A DNA stretch of 64,000 nt. It comes from Bacteroidota bacterium. Lineage in GTDB: Bacteria; Bacteroidota; Bacteroidia; J057; JADKCL01. The stretch is from assembly GCA_016718825.1 (NCBI GenBank), contig JADKCL010000006.1, positions 57,568-121,567 of the forward strand. The letters run 5' to 3'. Shown here in pieces: positions 56,752 to 64,000 of this stretch (position 1 is its first letter; every line of letters begins with the position of its first letter). The notes under the pieces were generated by a model. It ran no database searches. It was not told the DNA's origin and was given only the letters and a program-made list of their open reading frames with translations. The position numbers were made by a program, and so were the translations under genes.

Positions 56752-58187
56752 TCAGAACATGTAGTAGATAAATGGCCGAAATCCCATGGTGGCGATCTCA
56801 CTGATGCTCAAAACCAGTAGAATCAAAGCAATGACAGACAAACTCACCGTTTGCCAGCCCTTTTCGGGGAGGGAAAATCCCTTGTCTTGCCATTTTCCGA
56901 TGGCTGGAATGGCCGCGAGGAATGAAAATACCGCTGCGATTGCCAACATGAACCAGAATTTGTTGCCAAGGTACAGGTTCAAGTCCTCCCAAGGTGTTTT
57001 GGCAATCTGGAATTTGAACATTTCCTTGAAGAATGCCCATGCGGTACCCACATTCGGAGCCTTGAAGAAGACACAACCCAGCACAAACAGGAAGAATGTC
57101 CAAGGAATCGTGAGCGCTTTGGGCAGTTTCTCAAGCCTGCGGAGCAGGAACATACGTTCCAAGACCACCCAAGTCCCGTGCCAGATACCAAAGAGGATGA
57201 ATGTCCATCCGGCACCGTGCCAAAATCCGACAGCGAAGAATACGATCCAGAGATTGAGGTAGGTCCGCCAAGGTTTGGCTTCCCGATTGCCGCCCAGCGG
57301 GATGTACAGGTAGTTGCGCATCCATTCGCCAAGGGTGATATGCCAACGCCGCCAAAACTCGGTGATGCTCGCGGAGCGAAAGGGTGTTTTGAAGTTTTCC
57401 GGAAAGCGGAAGCCCATCATCCGCGCCAAGCCAATCGCCATGTCGCTGTAGCCTGCAAAGTCATGGTAAACGACAAAGGCAAATCCGATGGCGCCGATCC
57501 AACAAAGCAAAAAGTCCAATTGGGCATGCGGAAGGGCAAAAATCTTGTTGACCTGTCCGGAAAGTGTATCGGCGATCAGGACTTTGCGGCCAAGGCCGAC
57601 GGCAAACCTGATCATCCCTTCGAGCCGGTAGCTGATGTTTTCGTTGGCCTTGCGGTCGAGCAATTGATCGGCCATGTCGCGGTACCTCAGAATCGGACCG
57701 GCAATCAGATGCGGAAACATCATCACGAGCAGCAAGTAATCGAATGGGTTCTTGAGCGGTGGTTTTCGCCGCGGCGCACGTCGATCAGGTAACTCAGCTG
57801 CTGAAAAGTGAAAAAGGAGATGCCCAGCGGCAAAGCCACTTGTGTCCAACCGATCGCCTCGACCCCGATTCCTTTCAAAAAGACGTTGGTATTCTCGACA
57901 AAAAAGTTGGCGTATTTGAAATAAAGCAGGGTTCCCAGGTTGTAGACCACAGCGAAAGCCAGCCATTTGCCTGCGTTTTTGTCCCGCTTGCCGATTTGCA
58001 GGGCGACCCAATAATCTGCGAATGCCAGCCCGATCAGGACAAAGACAAATTTTGGAGCTCCCCAGGCGTAAAAAACGAGGCTGCCCAGCAGGGCGACGTA
58101 GTTGCGGAGCTTCTGTGGCGTCGCCAAGTACACCGCCAAAAACACCGGGAGAAAGTACAGCAGGAAAAGATTGCTGGCGAAAATCAT
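56752..58187 (-). pseudogene. MBOAT-family O-acyltransferase (AlgI/DltB-like), interrupted by a 1-nt homopolymer frameshift at 57763-57766
   Basis: ORF 57723-58265 (preferred start MIFASNLFLLYFLPVF) reads ...GISFFTFQQLSYLIDVRRGE and then goes out of frame. ORF 56752-58224 continues KPPLKNPFDYLLLVMMFPHLIAGPI...YHDFAGYSDMAIG...FWRRWHITL (MBOAT His motif). An A5 instead of the observed A4 on the coding strand restores the frame. Confidence 0.9.
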
Positions 58188-58373
58188 CGTTCTCCAAGAT
58201 AGCGGGTTTCTCGCGGATGGCCAAAGTCCGTTGTAAATCCGCCGATCCTCGATCGACACCTGCATTTGCCGGAAATCGCCTCGAATGTGGATTTCAGGCT
58301 GAATTTGGTTCGTTGAGAAACTGATTCACTTCCTCCGAATCCATTCCTATATTGCATTCAGATCGAGCGTCTC

Positions 58374-60179
58374 ATGAGAATCCACCAACTGTTTTTATTG
58401 CTTAGCCTGACTGTGTCGGGTTTGTCCTTGAAATCGCAAACGTTGCCTCCGAATATCTATGCAGACAGTGCACACGCGCCGTTTTTGCATGGCGTGGCAT
58501 CGTTTGATCCGACCGCAACAAAGGTGATTCTCTGGACCAAAGTCGATCCGGAGATCAACAGTGGACCCATCACCTTGACTTGGGAAACGTTTGCCGACGC
58601 CAATTTGACGCAGCAATTGGCGACCGGAACTGCAACTGCCTCCGTGACGAGCAACTGGACCGCACAGGCGGATGTTGATTTTCCCGACCCCGAGCGGTTT
58701 TATTGGTACCGTTGGAAAGACAGTCAAAGCCGTTTCAGCGTCGTAGGCCGCACCAAAACGGCTTCGCAGGGCGCGGATGCACAGGCAAGGCTTGCGATCA
58801 TGTCCTGCAGCAGTGTTTATTCGGGGTATTTTAATGCCTATCAGCGCATTGCGACGCGCAACGACATCGACCTCGTCGTGCATCTGGGTGACTATATCTA
58901 CGATTTTGTCGATGCCGACGAGCAGGTGCGCGTGCCCTCGCCTGCGCCCGTGGATCCGCAGACGCTTGCCGAATGGCGCGACCGTCACAGCTATTATTTG
59001 CTCGATCCCGACTTGCGCGCAGCCCGCCAAAATCATCCTTGGGCCGTGATTTGGGACAATCACGATGTCGATGGGGATTCGCCGCAACATGTCGCAGATG
59101 CCATTCAGGCGTTTCAGGAATATGTCCCGATGCGCCTCACCGACGCGATTTTGCCGCATCTGATCTACCGTCGCTTGGCCTATGGCGACCTGCTCGACAT
59201 TTTGCTCGTGGATGCAACGACCCTGCGGGACATCGACACCCTTCCCAATGGCGAATTTTCCATGCTCGGCAATGCCCAATGGAATTGGTTGTCACAGGAA
59301 TTGTCCAGTTCGACGGCGCTGTGGCGGGTGATCGGGCAGGAGCGGATGATGGCCGAATTTTCCACGGCGGGCCTTGGCTCGCTGATCAATTATGGGGACG
59401 GACCCGTGGCGGATTCCGGCGCTTGGGATGGCTACAATGGCGAACGCGTACGCTTGCTCAACCACTTGGACCAGAATGGGATCGACAACAACGTGATCTT
59501 GAGCGGTGACATCCACACTTCGTTTCTTTGCGACTTGCCGATCGACTACGGCAGCTATGACGATCAAACAGGAGCGGGTTCGGTGGCCGTTGAATTCCTC
59601 CCGACGAGCATTACCCGAGGGAATTTTGACGAGCAGGGCGTTACCGGATTCCTTGCACAATTGGTCCAAGGTGCGATTGCATTGGCCAATGCTCACCATG
59701 TTTATTCCGAACTCACGAGCCATGGATATGGAATTCTGGACATCCGACCTGATGTTGTCACCGCTGAGTATTGGTATTCCCCTATCTTGCAAGCATCTAA
59801 TTCAGAATCGTTTGCAACGGGCTACGAATGCCGGACGGGCGAAAATCATTGGCGGAGAGCGGCACTCAGCAACCCTACAACAGTCTTGGTCGCCTCGGAG
59901 GATGCCACACTGCAGAATGTCACCACATCATTGTTTCCAAATCCGGCGGGTGAATCGGCAACTTTGCGGCTAAACGCTGCACGCACTGAAACTGTGAACA
60001 TTCTGGTAATGGATCCTGCCTCGGGAAAGCAGGTTTTGCCGTCAAAAAGGTTGAAATTGAAGGCCAATCAGCCAGCGGAAATGCGGATAGACCTCACCGA
60101 TTTGCCATCCGGCCACTATCAAATCCTGCTTGAAAACGGAACCGTCAGGCAGGCAATTCCATTGGTGCATTTTCGGTGA
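58374..60179 (+). CDS. phoD: PhoD-family alkaline phosphatase with a T9SS C-terminal sorting domain
   Basis: It has a signal peptide. Motifs GVASFDP, FYWYRW, VVHLGDYIYD, WDNHD and the remaining metallophosphatase/PhoD residues are present. The C-terminus is LFPNPAGESATLRL...GHYQILL. Confidence 0.9.
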   Translation: MRIHQLFLLLSLTVSGLSLKSQTLPPNIYADSAHAPFLHGVASFDPTATKVILWTKVDPEINSGPITLTWETFADANLTQQLATGTATASVTSNWTAQADVDFPDPERFYWYRWKDSQSRFSVVGRTKTASQGADAQARLAIMSCSSVYSGYFNAYQRIATRNDIDLVVHLGDYIYDFVDADEQVRVPSPAPVDPQTLAEWRDRHSYYLLDPDLRAARQNHPWAVIWDNHDVDGDSPQHVADAIQAFQEYVPMRLTDAILPHLIYRRLAYGDLLDILLVDATTLRDIDTLPNGEFSMLGNAQWNWLSQELSSSTALWRVIGQERMMAEFSTAGLGSLINYGDGPVADSGAWDGYNGERVRLLNHLDQNGIDNNVILSGDIHTSFLCDLPIDYGSYDDQTGAGSVAVEFLPTSITRGNFDEQGVTGFLAQLVQGAIALANAHHVYSELTSHGYGILDIRPDVVTAEYWYSPILQASNSESFATGYECRTGENHWRRAALSNPTTVLVASEDATLQNVTTSLFPNPAGESATLRLNAARTETVNILVMDPASGKQVLPSKRLKLKANQPAEMRIDLTDLPSGHYQILLENGTVRQAIPLVHFR

Positions 60180-60213
60180 TAATCCTTAGATTTGAAGGGA
60201 TTGACGTTGACAA

Positions 60214-61422
60214 ATGGTATTTGGAATGATGATCACAGGTGTCGTAGCAGGAATTTTCTCCATGTGGGCGACAAGCAAATTGCTCGGAAACACACCCAAT
60301 TCCTGGATCAAGCGGCTATTGCATCCACAAGGACAAAATGCGGAATCGGCTTATTTGCAACGTGCTGAATCAGCGATCAATCAGCGGTTTCATAAAACAC
60401 TGGCGCTGCCAATGTTGCCGGTATTGTTCACGCTAGCAGGACTGTTGGCCTATTTTTCAGGAATCGGGATTGCAACCGGGACATGGAACTATGAACTTTT
60501 ACTTGGATTTGCCTTGTCGGTCGTCTGCTGTTATCCTTTTTTGATGCACTTGCAGCTCATCGATTTCCGCAAAAAAGTCTCCGGATTTGCAGCAAAGCAA
60601 TTGGCGCGAAGCGCAAGACCTGAAGCCGCCGGAAAAATTCTGATTGCTGCGGCTGTTCATTCAGATGCGATTGTACGCCTTGCCGCTGTTGCCGGCTTGC
60701 GCGAACTCGGTACGAATTCCGGGATTGAAGCCTTGAAAAAATTGGCGGATGACAAGCAGAATGAGGTGGCTTTGCAAGCCAAGGATGCCATGCGTGACCT
60801 TTTGCCCGTCCTGAGAGGCGAATCTGTCTTGAGCGTCCGTACGATGGATACCTATGTGGAGGAGCATCGATTCCTGCAAAAAAGTCTCAAATCGTCCAAT
60901 TCAGACAAAGTCAAGCGGGCCTTTGAGAAGTTGCACGAAATCTCCTTGCAAATCGACGAAATCGTTTATTCGCAGTTGGCCATCCGGCGAGCCTTTCCCG
61001 ATGTGTATTGCACCGCATGTTATGCCCGCGCAGAAAGTCAACACTACGAAGAGTGGGAATGGGTGCGCTGCAAGCAATGCAAAGAGGTACATGACCTCCG
61101 CTTGGGGGTCGAAAAAGTGTATGGCCAAATCGGAGGGGACCCGTTGCCAAATGAGGGAAGCCTGGTGAATGGCATTTTGCACGTTGGTCTCTGGGATGAA
61201 AAGACCCAAAAGGGTCGATACGGCGAAATCGAGGTGCTGGAAATCATCGGCGGGAATGCGATCAATTATGACTGGGCCATCAGCGCCGTCATCGAGAAGT
61301 TTCACAACCAACATCAAGGTCCTGCCAATATGCTGACGGTGAGGTTTGTAGCCAATCCGATCCTGGAAGCCAATACGATTCATTTGCTCCGTACCTTGGA
61401 TCCCGGGTTGATCAAATCCTGA
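60214..61422 (+). CDS. Uncharacterised membrane protein: N-terminal TM helices, HEAT_PBS-like repeats, CxxC..CxxC zinc ribbon and an unknown C-terminal domain (paralog A)
   Basis: The TM segments are MMITGVVAGIFSMW and LPVLFTLAGLLAYF...LLGFALSVVCCYPFL. The HEAT-like segment is DAIVRLAAVAGLRELGTNSGIEALKKLADDKQNEVALQAKDAM. The zinc-ribbon cysteines are in CTACYARAE..(17)..CKQCKEVHD. Confidence 0.65.
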   Translation: MVFGMMITGVVAGIFSMWATSKLLGNTPNSWIKRLLHPQGQNAESAYLQRAESAINQRFHKTLALPMLPVLFTLAGLLAYFSGIGIATGTWNYELLLGFALSVVCCYPFLMHLQLIDFRKKVSGFAAKQLARSARPEAAGKILIAAAVHSDAIVRLAAVAGLRELGTNSGIEALKKLADDKQNEVALQAKDAMRDLLPVLRGESVLSVRTMDTYVEEHRFLQKSLKSSNSDKVKRAFEKLHEISLQIDEIVYSQLAIRRAFPDVYCTACYARAESQHYEEWEWVRCKQCKEVHDLRLGVEKVYGQIGGDPLPNEGSLVNGILHVGLWDEKTQKGRYGEIEVLEIIGGNAINYDWAISAVIEKFHNQHQGPANMLTVRFVANPILEANTIHLLRTLDPGLIKS

Positions 61423-61469
61423 TCCAAATTGGCCTGCGTTTTCAAAATTTCCTTCCTTCGAATGCCATT

Positions 61470-62726
61470 TTGTTTCTGAATTCCGTAGAAAGGACAAATC
61501 CAACAAATGCGCTCATCGCCATGTTTTATTTTGGAGTTTGTCTAGGAATGGTTTCGGTGATGGTGGTCATGTACCTCTTTGAAGCCGTGGAGCACCGACT
61601 TACGGCGTTATGGTGCCGTCCGTGGTCCAAAAAAAGCAAACGTGGGTTTCGTTGGCGTATCCAAATGGCTTTGTCGCGCAACCGATTGCCAATGTACGCG
61701 CCTTGGTTTTTGGGTTTGCTGAATCCATTTTACTTGTTCGCCTTTGCACATGGCCCCTCTCAAGACGTCGCCTTGGGATGTTTGGCTGGTTATGTTGGAT
61801 TGTCGTTGATGCTTTATCCCGCCTATCTTGGCAAGCGCCTCCGTCAATTCAGGGAGCAATTCATGCTGTATGCAGCCGAAAAACTGGCTAAAACCGAGGA
61901 GCCTGCGTTTGCCGAGCCGATTCTGCTCCGTGCCGGCGGTTCGCGGCAGGAGGTATTGCGGCTCGCTGCTACCGTCGGACTTAAGGAAATTGGCACTGGT
62001 GCCGCCGAAGAGATGCTCGGAAGGCTCTGCGGCGACCGCAACACAAGAGTTTCCATCGCGGCAATGCAGGCCTACAAAGGATTGCTCAAAGTCTTGAAAG
62101 GGCAAAAGGTACTCAGCCTCGCCCCGCTTGCGCAGCTTTTGGTCGAATTTGAGCGTGAGAAAAAGTCTTCCCGTTACAGGCTTGGTTGGGATAACCTCAA
62201 GCGGTTTCCAAAGTTGGCTGCCATCAGCACAGAAATTGACCGGATCGTCTATTCGCAGTTGTGGCTGCGTCAAGGTTTTCCGCATGTTTTTTGTGAGAAA
62301 TGCCATGTTTTTGCCGAGCTCAAAGCATTTGATGACTGGCGATGGGTCACCTGTCCCGTTTGTCACGATGCCACTGACCTGAGATCCGGGATAGAAAAGG
62401 TCGTTGGGACGATCGGGGCAGCTCAGGATTGGGATCTCCGTGAAGGAGTTTTGTACATCAGCCTTTGGGACCGGAATGTCAATCGTGCGATCTATGCGGA
62501 AGTCGAAGGATTGGAAATTCACAATGACCCGACGATGGATCTTGACTGGGCCGTGAGCGCGGTGCTGGAAATGCTGCACAACAAGCATTTGCGTGGAAAA
62601 GGACGCATCAGCATTCGATTTATTGGAGTGCCGAAGCTGGGCATCAATGCAAGGCATATTCTTAAAAGATTTGCCGAGGAATTGCCCGAAGTTGCCGAAG
62701 CGGTTGTGCATTCAACCCCCAAATAG
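61470..62726 (+). CDS. Paralog B of the membrane-HEAT-zinc-ribbon protein
   Basis: It is collinear with 60214-61422. It has IVYSQLWLRQGFPHVFCEKCHVFAE...CPVCHDATDL and GVLYISLWD...AEVEGLEIHNDP..DLDWAVSAVLEMLHNKH. The ORF track uses a TTG start; the ATG at 61521 is an alternative. Confidence 0.65.
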   Translation: MFLNSVERTNPTNALIAMFYFGVCLGMVSVMVVMYLFEAVEHRLTALWCRPWSKKSKRGFRWRIQMALSRNRLPMYAPWFLGLLNPFYLFAFAHGPSQDVALGCLAGYVGLSLMLYPAYLGKRLRQFREQFMLYAAEKLAKTEEPAFAEPILLRAGGSRQEVLRLAATVGLKEIGTGAAEEMLGRLCGDRNTRVSIAAMQAYKGLLKVLKGQKVLSLAPLAQLLVEFEREKKSSRYRLGWDNLKRFPKLAAISTEIDRIVYSQLWLRQGFPHVFCEKCHVFAELKAFDDWRWVTCPVCHDATDLRSGIEKVVGTIGAAQDWDLREGVLYISLWDRNVNRAIYAEVEGLEIHNDPTMDLDWAVSAVLEMLHNKHLRGKGRISIRFIGVPKLGINARHILKRFAEELPEVAEAVVHSTPK

Positions 62727-64000
62727 GCGCTTGATCCGGTTCAGAATACCGGCTTTGCCTCCTGCCTCCTCAATTTCTGCCTTGAAAAATCCCATGTCCA
62801 TCAACTCGTCCATTTTCATCCCATGCACCTTTACCAAGGCTGAAATTAAGCCAAAGCGTCCTTTCCCCTTTCTTTCCAGCTCAAGCGGAAGTGAGGTGCC
62901 GAGTGCAAACGCGCGAATGTTGGGGTATTGGGTGAAATCCTCGGTTTTTCCGAGCCGCTTCGCGGCTTTCCAGCTTTCCTCGTTTCCGCCCGTCAATGCC
63001 AACCAACGGTTCAGATGCATCAACCAGTCAATTTCTCCGTCGGCAAGGCAATCATAATCAGCCAATTCAATCACCGTGGCAACCAAGCCGACCTTAAAGT
63101 CCAAATACTTGGCTGGAATTTTGGTTTGGATATAGTATCCGAGGTTTTCAACGATTTTCGGTTCGCGCGGAAGACTTGAGATGCTTTTTCGCATGGCTGC
63201 CAACGCGGGCAAAAAGGTCAGACTCTTGTGATCTCCATGCCTCAGAATCACGCCCAGTGCCTCAGACTGCTGTCCCTCGGGAATCTGAGACAGCATTTCT
63301 TCACTCGGAAATTTTTGCGTCCACATGCCCGCGAGCAATTGCAGGGTCGGGCTGCCTTGCCCCACGATTTTGGCATTGGGGGCATCGGCAATCATCTCCG
63401 GTGAGATTTCCTTGGACAAAATCGCCCATTGCAATCCCTCTGTGATCTCATGGATGGGATATCCGCGCATCCAACAAATCAATTGGTCGTGGTAATTGGT
63501 GGCATCCTTGAGTTGCGCGGTCCATTTCGCCCCGAGTTGTGGCAATAATCCCGACTCAAACAAGTTTCCAATGGCATCGCGATTGACCAATTCAAACAAC
63601 GGATCCGATTGCATGTCGGGTCCGGTTGGGGACTTGGAAACCATCGCTTGCGACAAGGCATACATTGCATTCAGGAGCTGTCGCGAAACGGGATTGACAC
63701 AAACCTCTAACAGCCAATTGGAAAAGGGATCCGAAGGCTGTCCAAAAGCAGCAATTTCAGCGTCAGGCCATTTTACTTTGGTCCCTCGCCCGGAAAACAT
63801 TGCCGGTCTTCCGGTTACCGGTGGTTGATCGGTATAACCAAAGATGCGCAGGGGAGAAAAGAATATTTTGCCACCGTCAAAGGCGTCGTCCCAAGCGACC
63901 GATGTGCGGAGGGAATCGGGCATGAACGTCGAACAAATCTCAAAGATTTCGCTGACCTCGGCAGGGGAGCCTTGGAGCACGATGGCCAATTCGCGGTTTT
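62712..64000 (-). CDS. Large hypothetical protein whose N-terminus lies beyond the window edge; C-terminal amphipathic tail
   Basis: The frame stays open to position 64000. More than 425 aa are visible and I recognise no family. It ends ...EIEEAGGKAGILNRIKRLFGG. Its stop overlaps the convergent paralog B by 15 nt. Confidence 0.6.
   Translation of the reverse strand, partial: NRELAIVLQGSPAEVSEIFEICSTFMPDSLRTSVAWDDAFDGGKIFFSPLRIFGYTDQPPVTGRPAMFSGRGTKVKWPDAEIAAFGQPSDPFSNWLLEVCVNPVSRQLLNAMYALSQAMVSKSPTGPDMQSDPLFELVNRDAIGNLFESGLLPQLGAKWTAQLKDATNYHDQLICWMRGYPIHEITEGLQWAILSKEISPEMIADAPNAKIVGQGSPTLQLLAGMWTQKFPSEEMLSQIPEGQQSEALGVILRHGDHKSLTFLPALAAMRKSISSLPREPKIVENLGYYIQTKIPAKYLDFKVGLVATVIELADYDCLADGEIDWLMHLNRWLALTGGNEESWKAAKRLGKTEDFTQYPNIRAFALGTSLPLELERKGKGRFGLISALVKVHGMKMDELMDMGFFKAEIEEAGGKAGILNRIKRLFGG

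Overview
This is a 64-kb chromosomal window that looks like a Bacteroidota genome. The evidence is six proteins ending in Por/T9SS C-terminal sorting domains, TAnnTTTG-type -7 boxes, and pheT - coiled-coil - zapA - rny synteny. A Saprospiria/Chitinophagia-like origin is only a guess. Content in order: (1) The tail of a type I R-M locus: the hsdM 3' end, a decayed hsdS, and a GIY-YIG-like gene. (2) A minus-strand heavy-metal RND efflux operon: His-rich small protein, MFP adaptor, lipoprotein, CzcA/CusA-type pump, TolC-like OMP. (3) A 1226-aa SBBP/PKD/T9SS protein and a tandem DUF3494 (ice-binding-like) T9SS protein. They are transcribed divergently from a 960-bp region packed with nested palindromic repeats. 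(4) A signalling block: PAS histidine kinase, AraC regulator, a hybrid kinase containing eight 63-bp tandem repeats and an 8-bp duplication frameshift, and a REC-only regulator. (5) A stress-type island of small genes: 2x CsbD, 3 paralogous coiled-coil lipoproteins, small membrane proteins, a DUF4239-like protein and 2 beta-barrel OMPs. (6) Three more T9SS cargo proteins, a SAM methyltransferase and a TPR + membrane-LytTR pair. (7) Hypothetical genes, plus a ~540-nt non-coding stretch that ends in a strong orphan terminator. (8) pheT, zapA and rny. (9) A DUF4178 x2 / DUF350 / membrane SpeE-like / Tat-signal FAD oxidoreductase cluster. (10) An IS110-family IS with a structured, guide-like 5' leader. 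(11) A membrane protein plus an AlgI/AlgJ-like O-acetylation pair. (12) PhoD. (13) Two tandem paralogous membrane-HEAT-zinc-ribbon proteins convergent with a large unknown protein that runs off the window. Two window-wide features stand out. Seven indel-type gene disruptions were seen: six 1-nt indels, five of them at short homopolymers, plus the 8-bp duplication in the kinase. Several families of short word-like or palindromic intergenic repeats are also present. No tRNA, rRNA or CRISPR array was recognised. All function calls rest on reading motifs by eye; no database search was possible.
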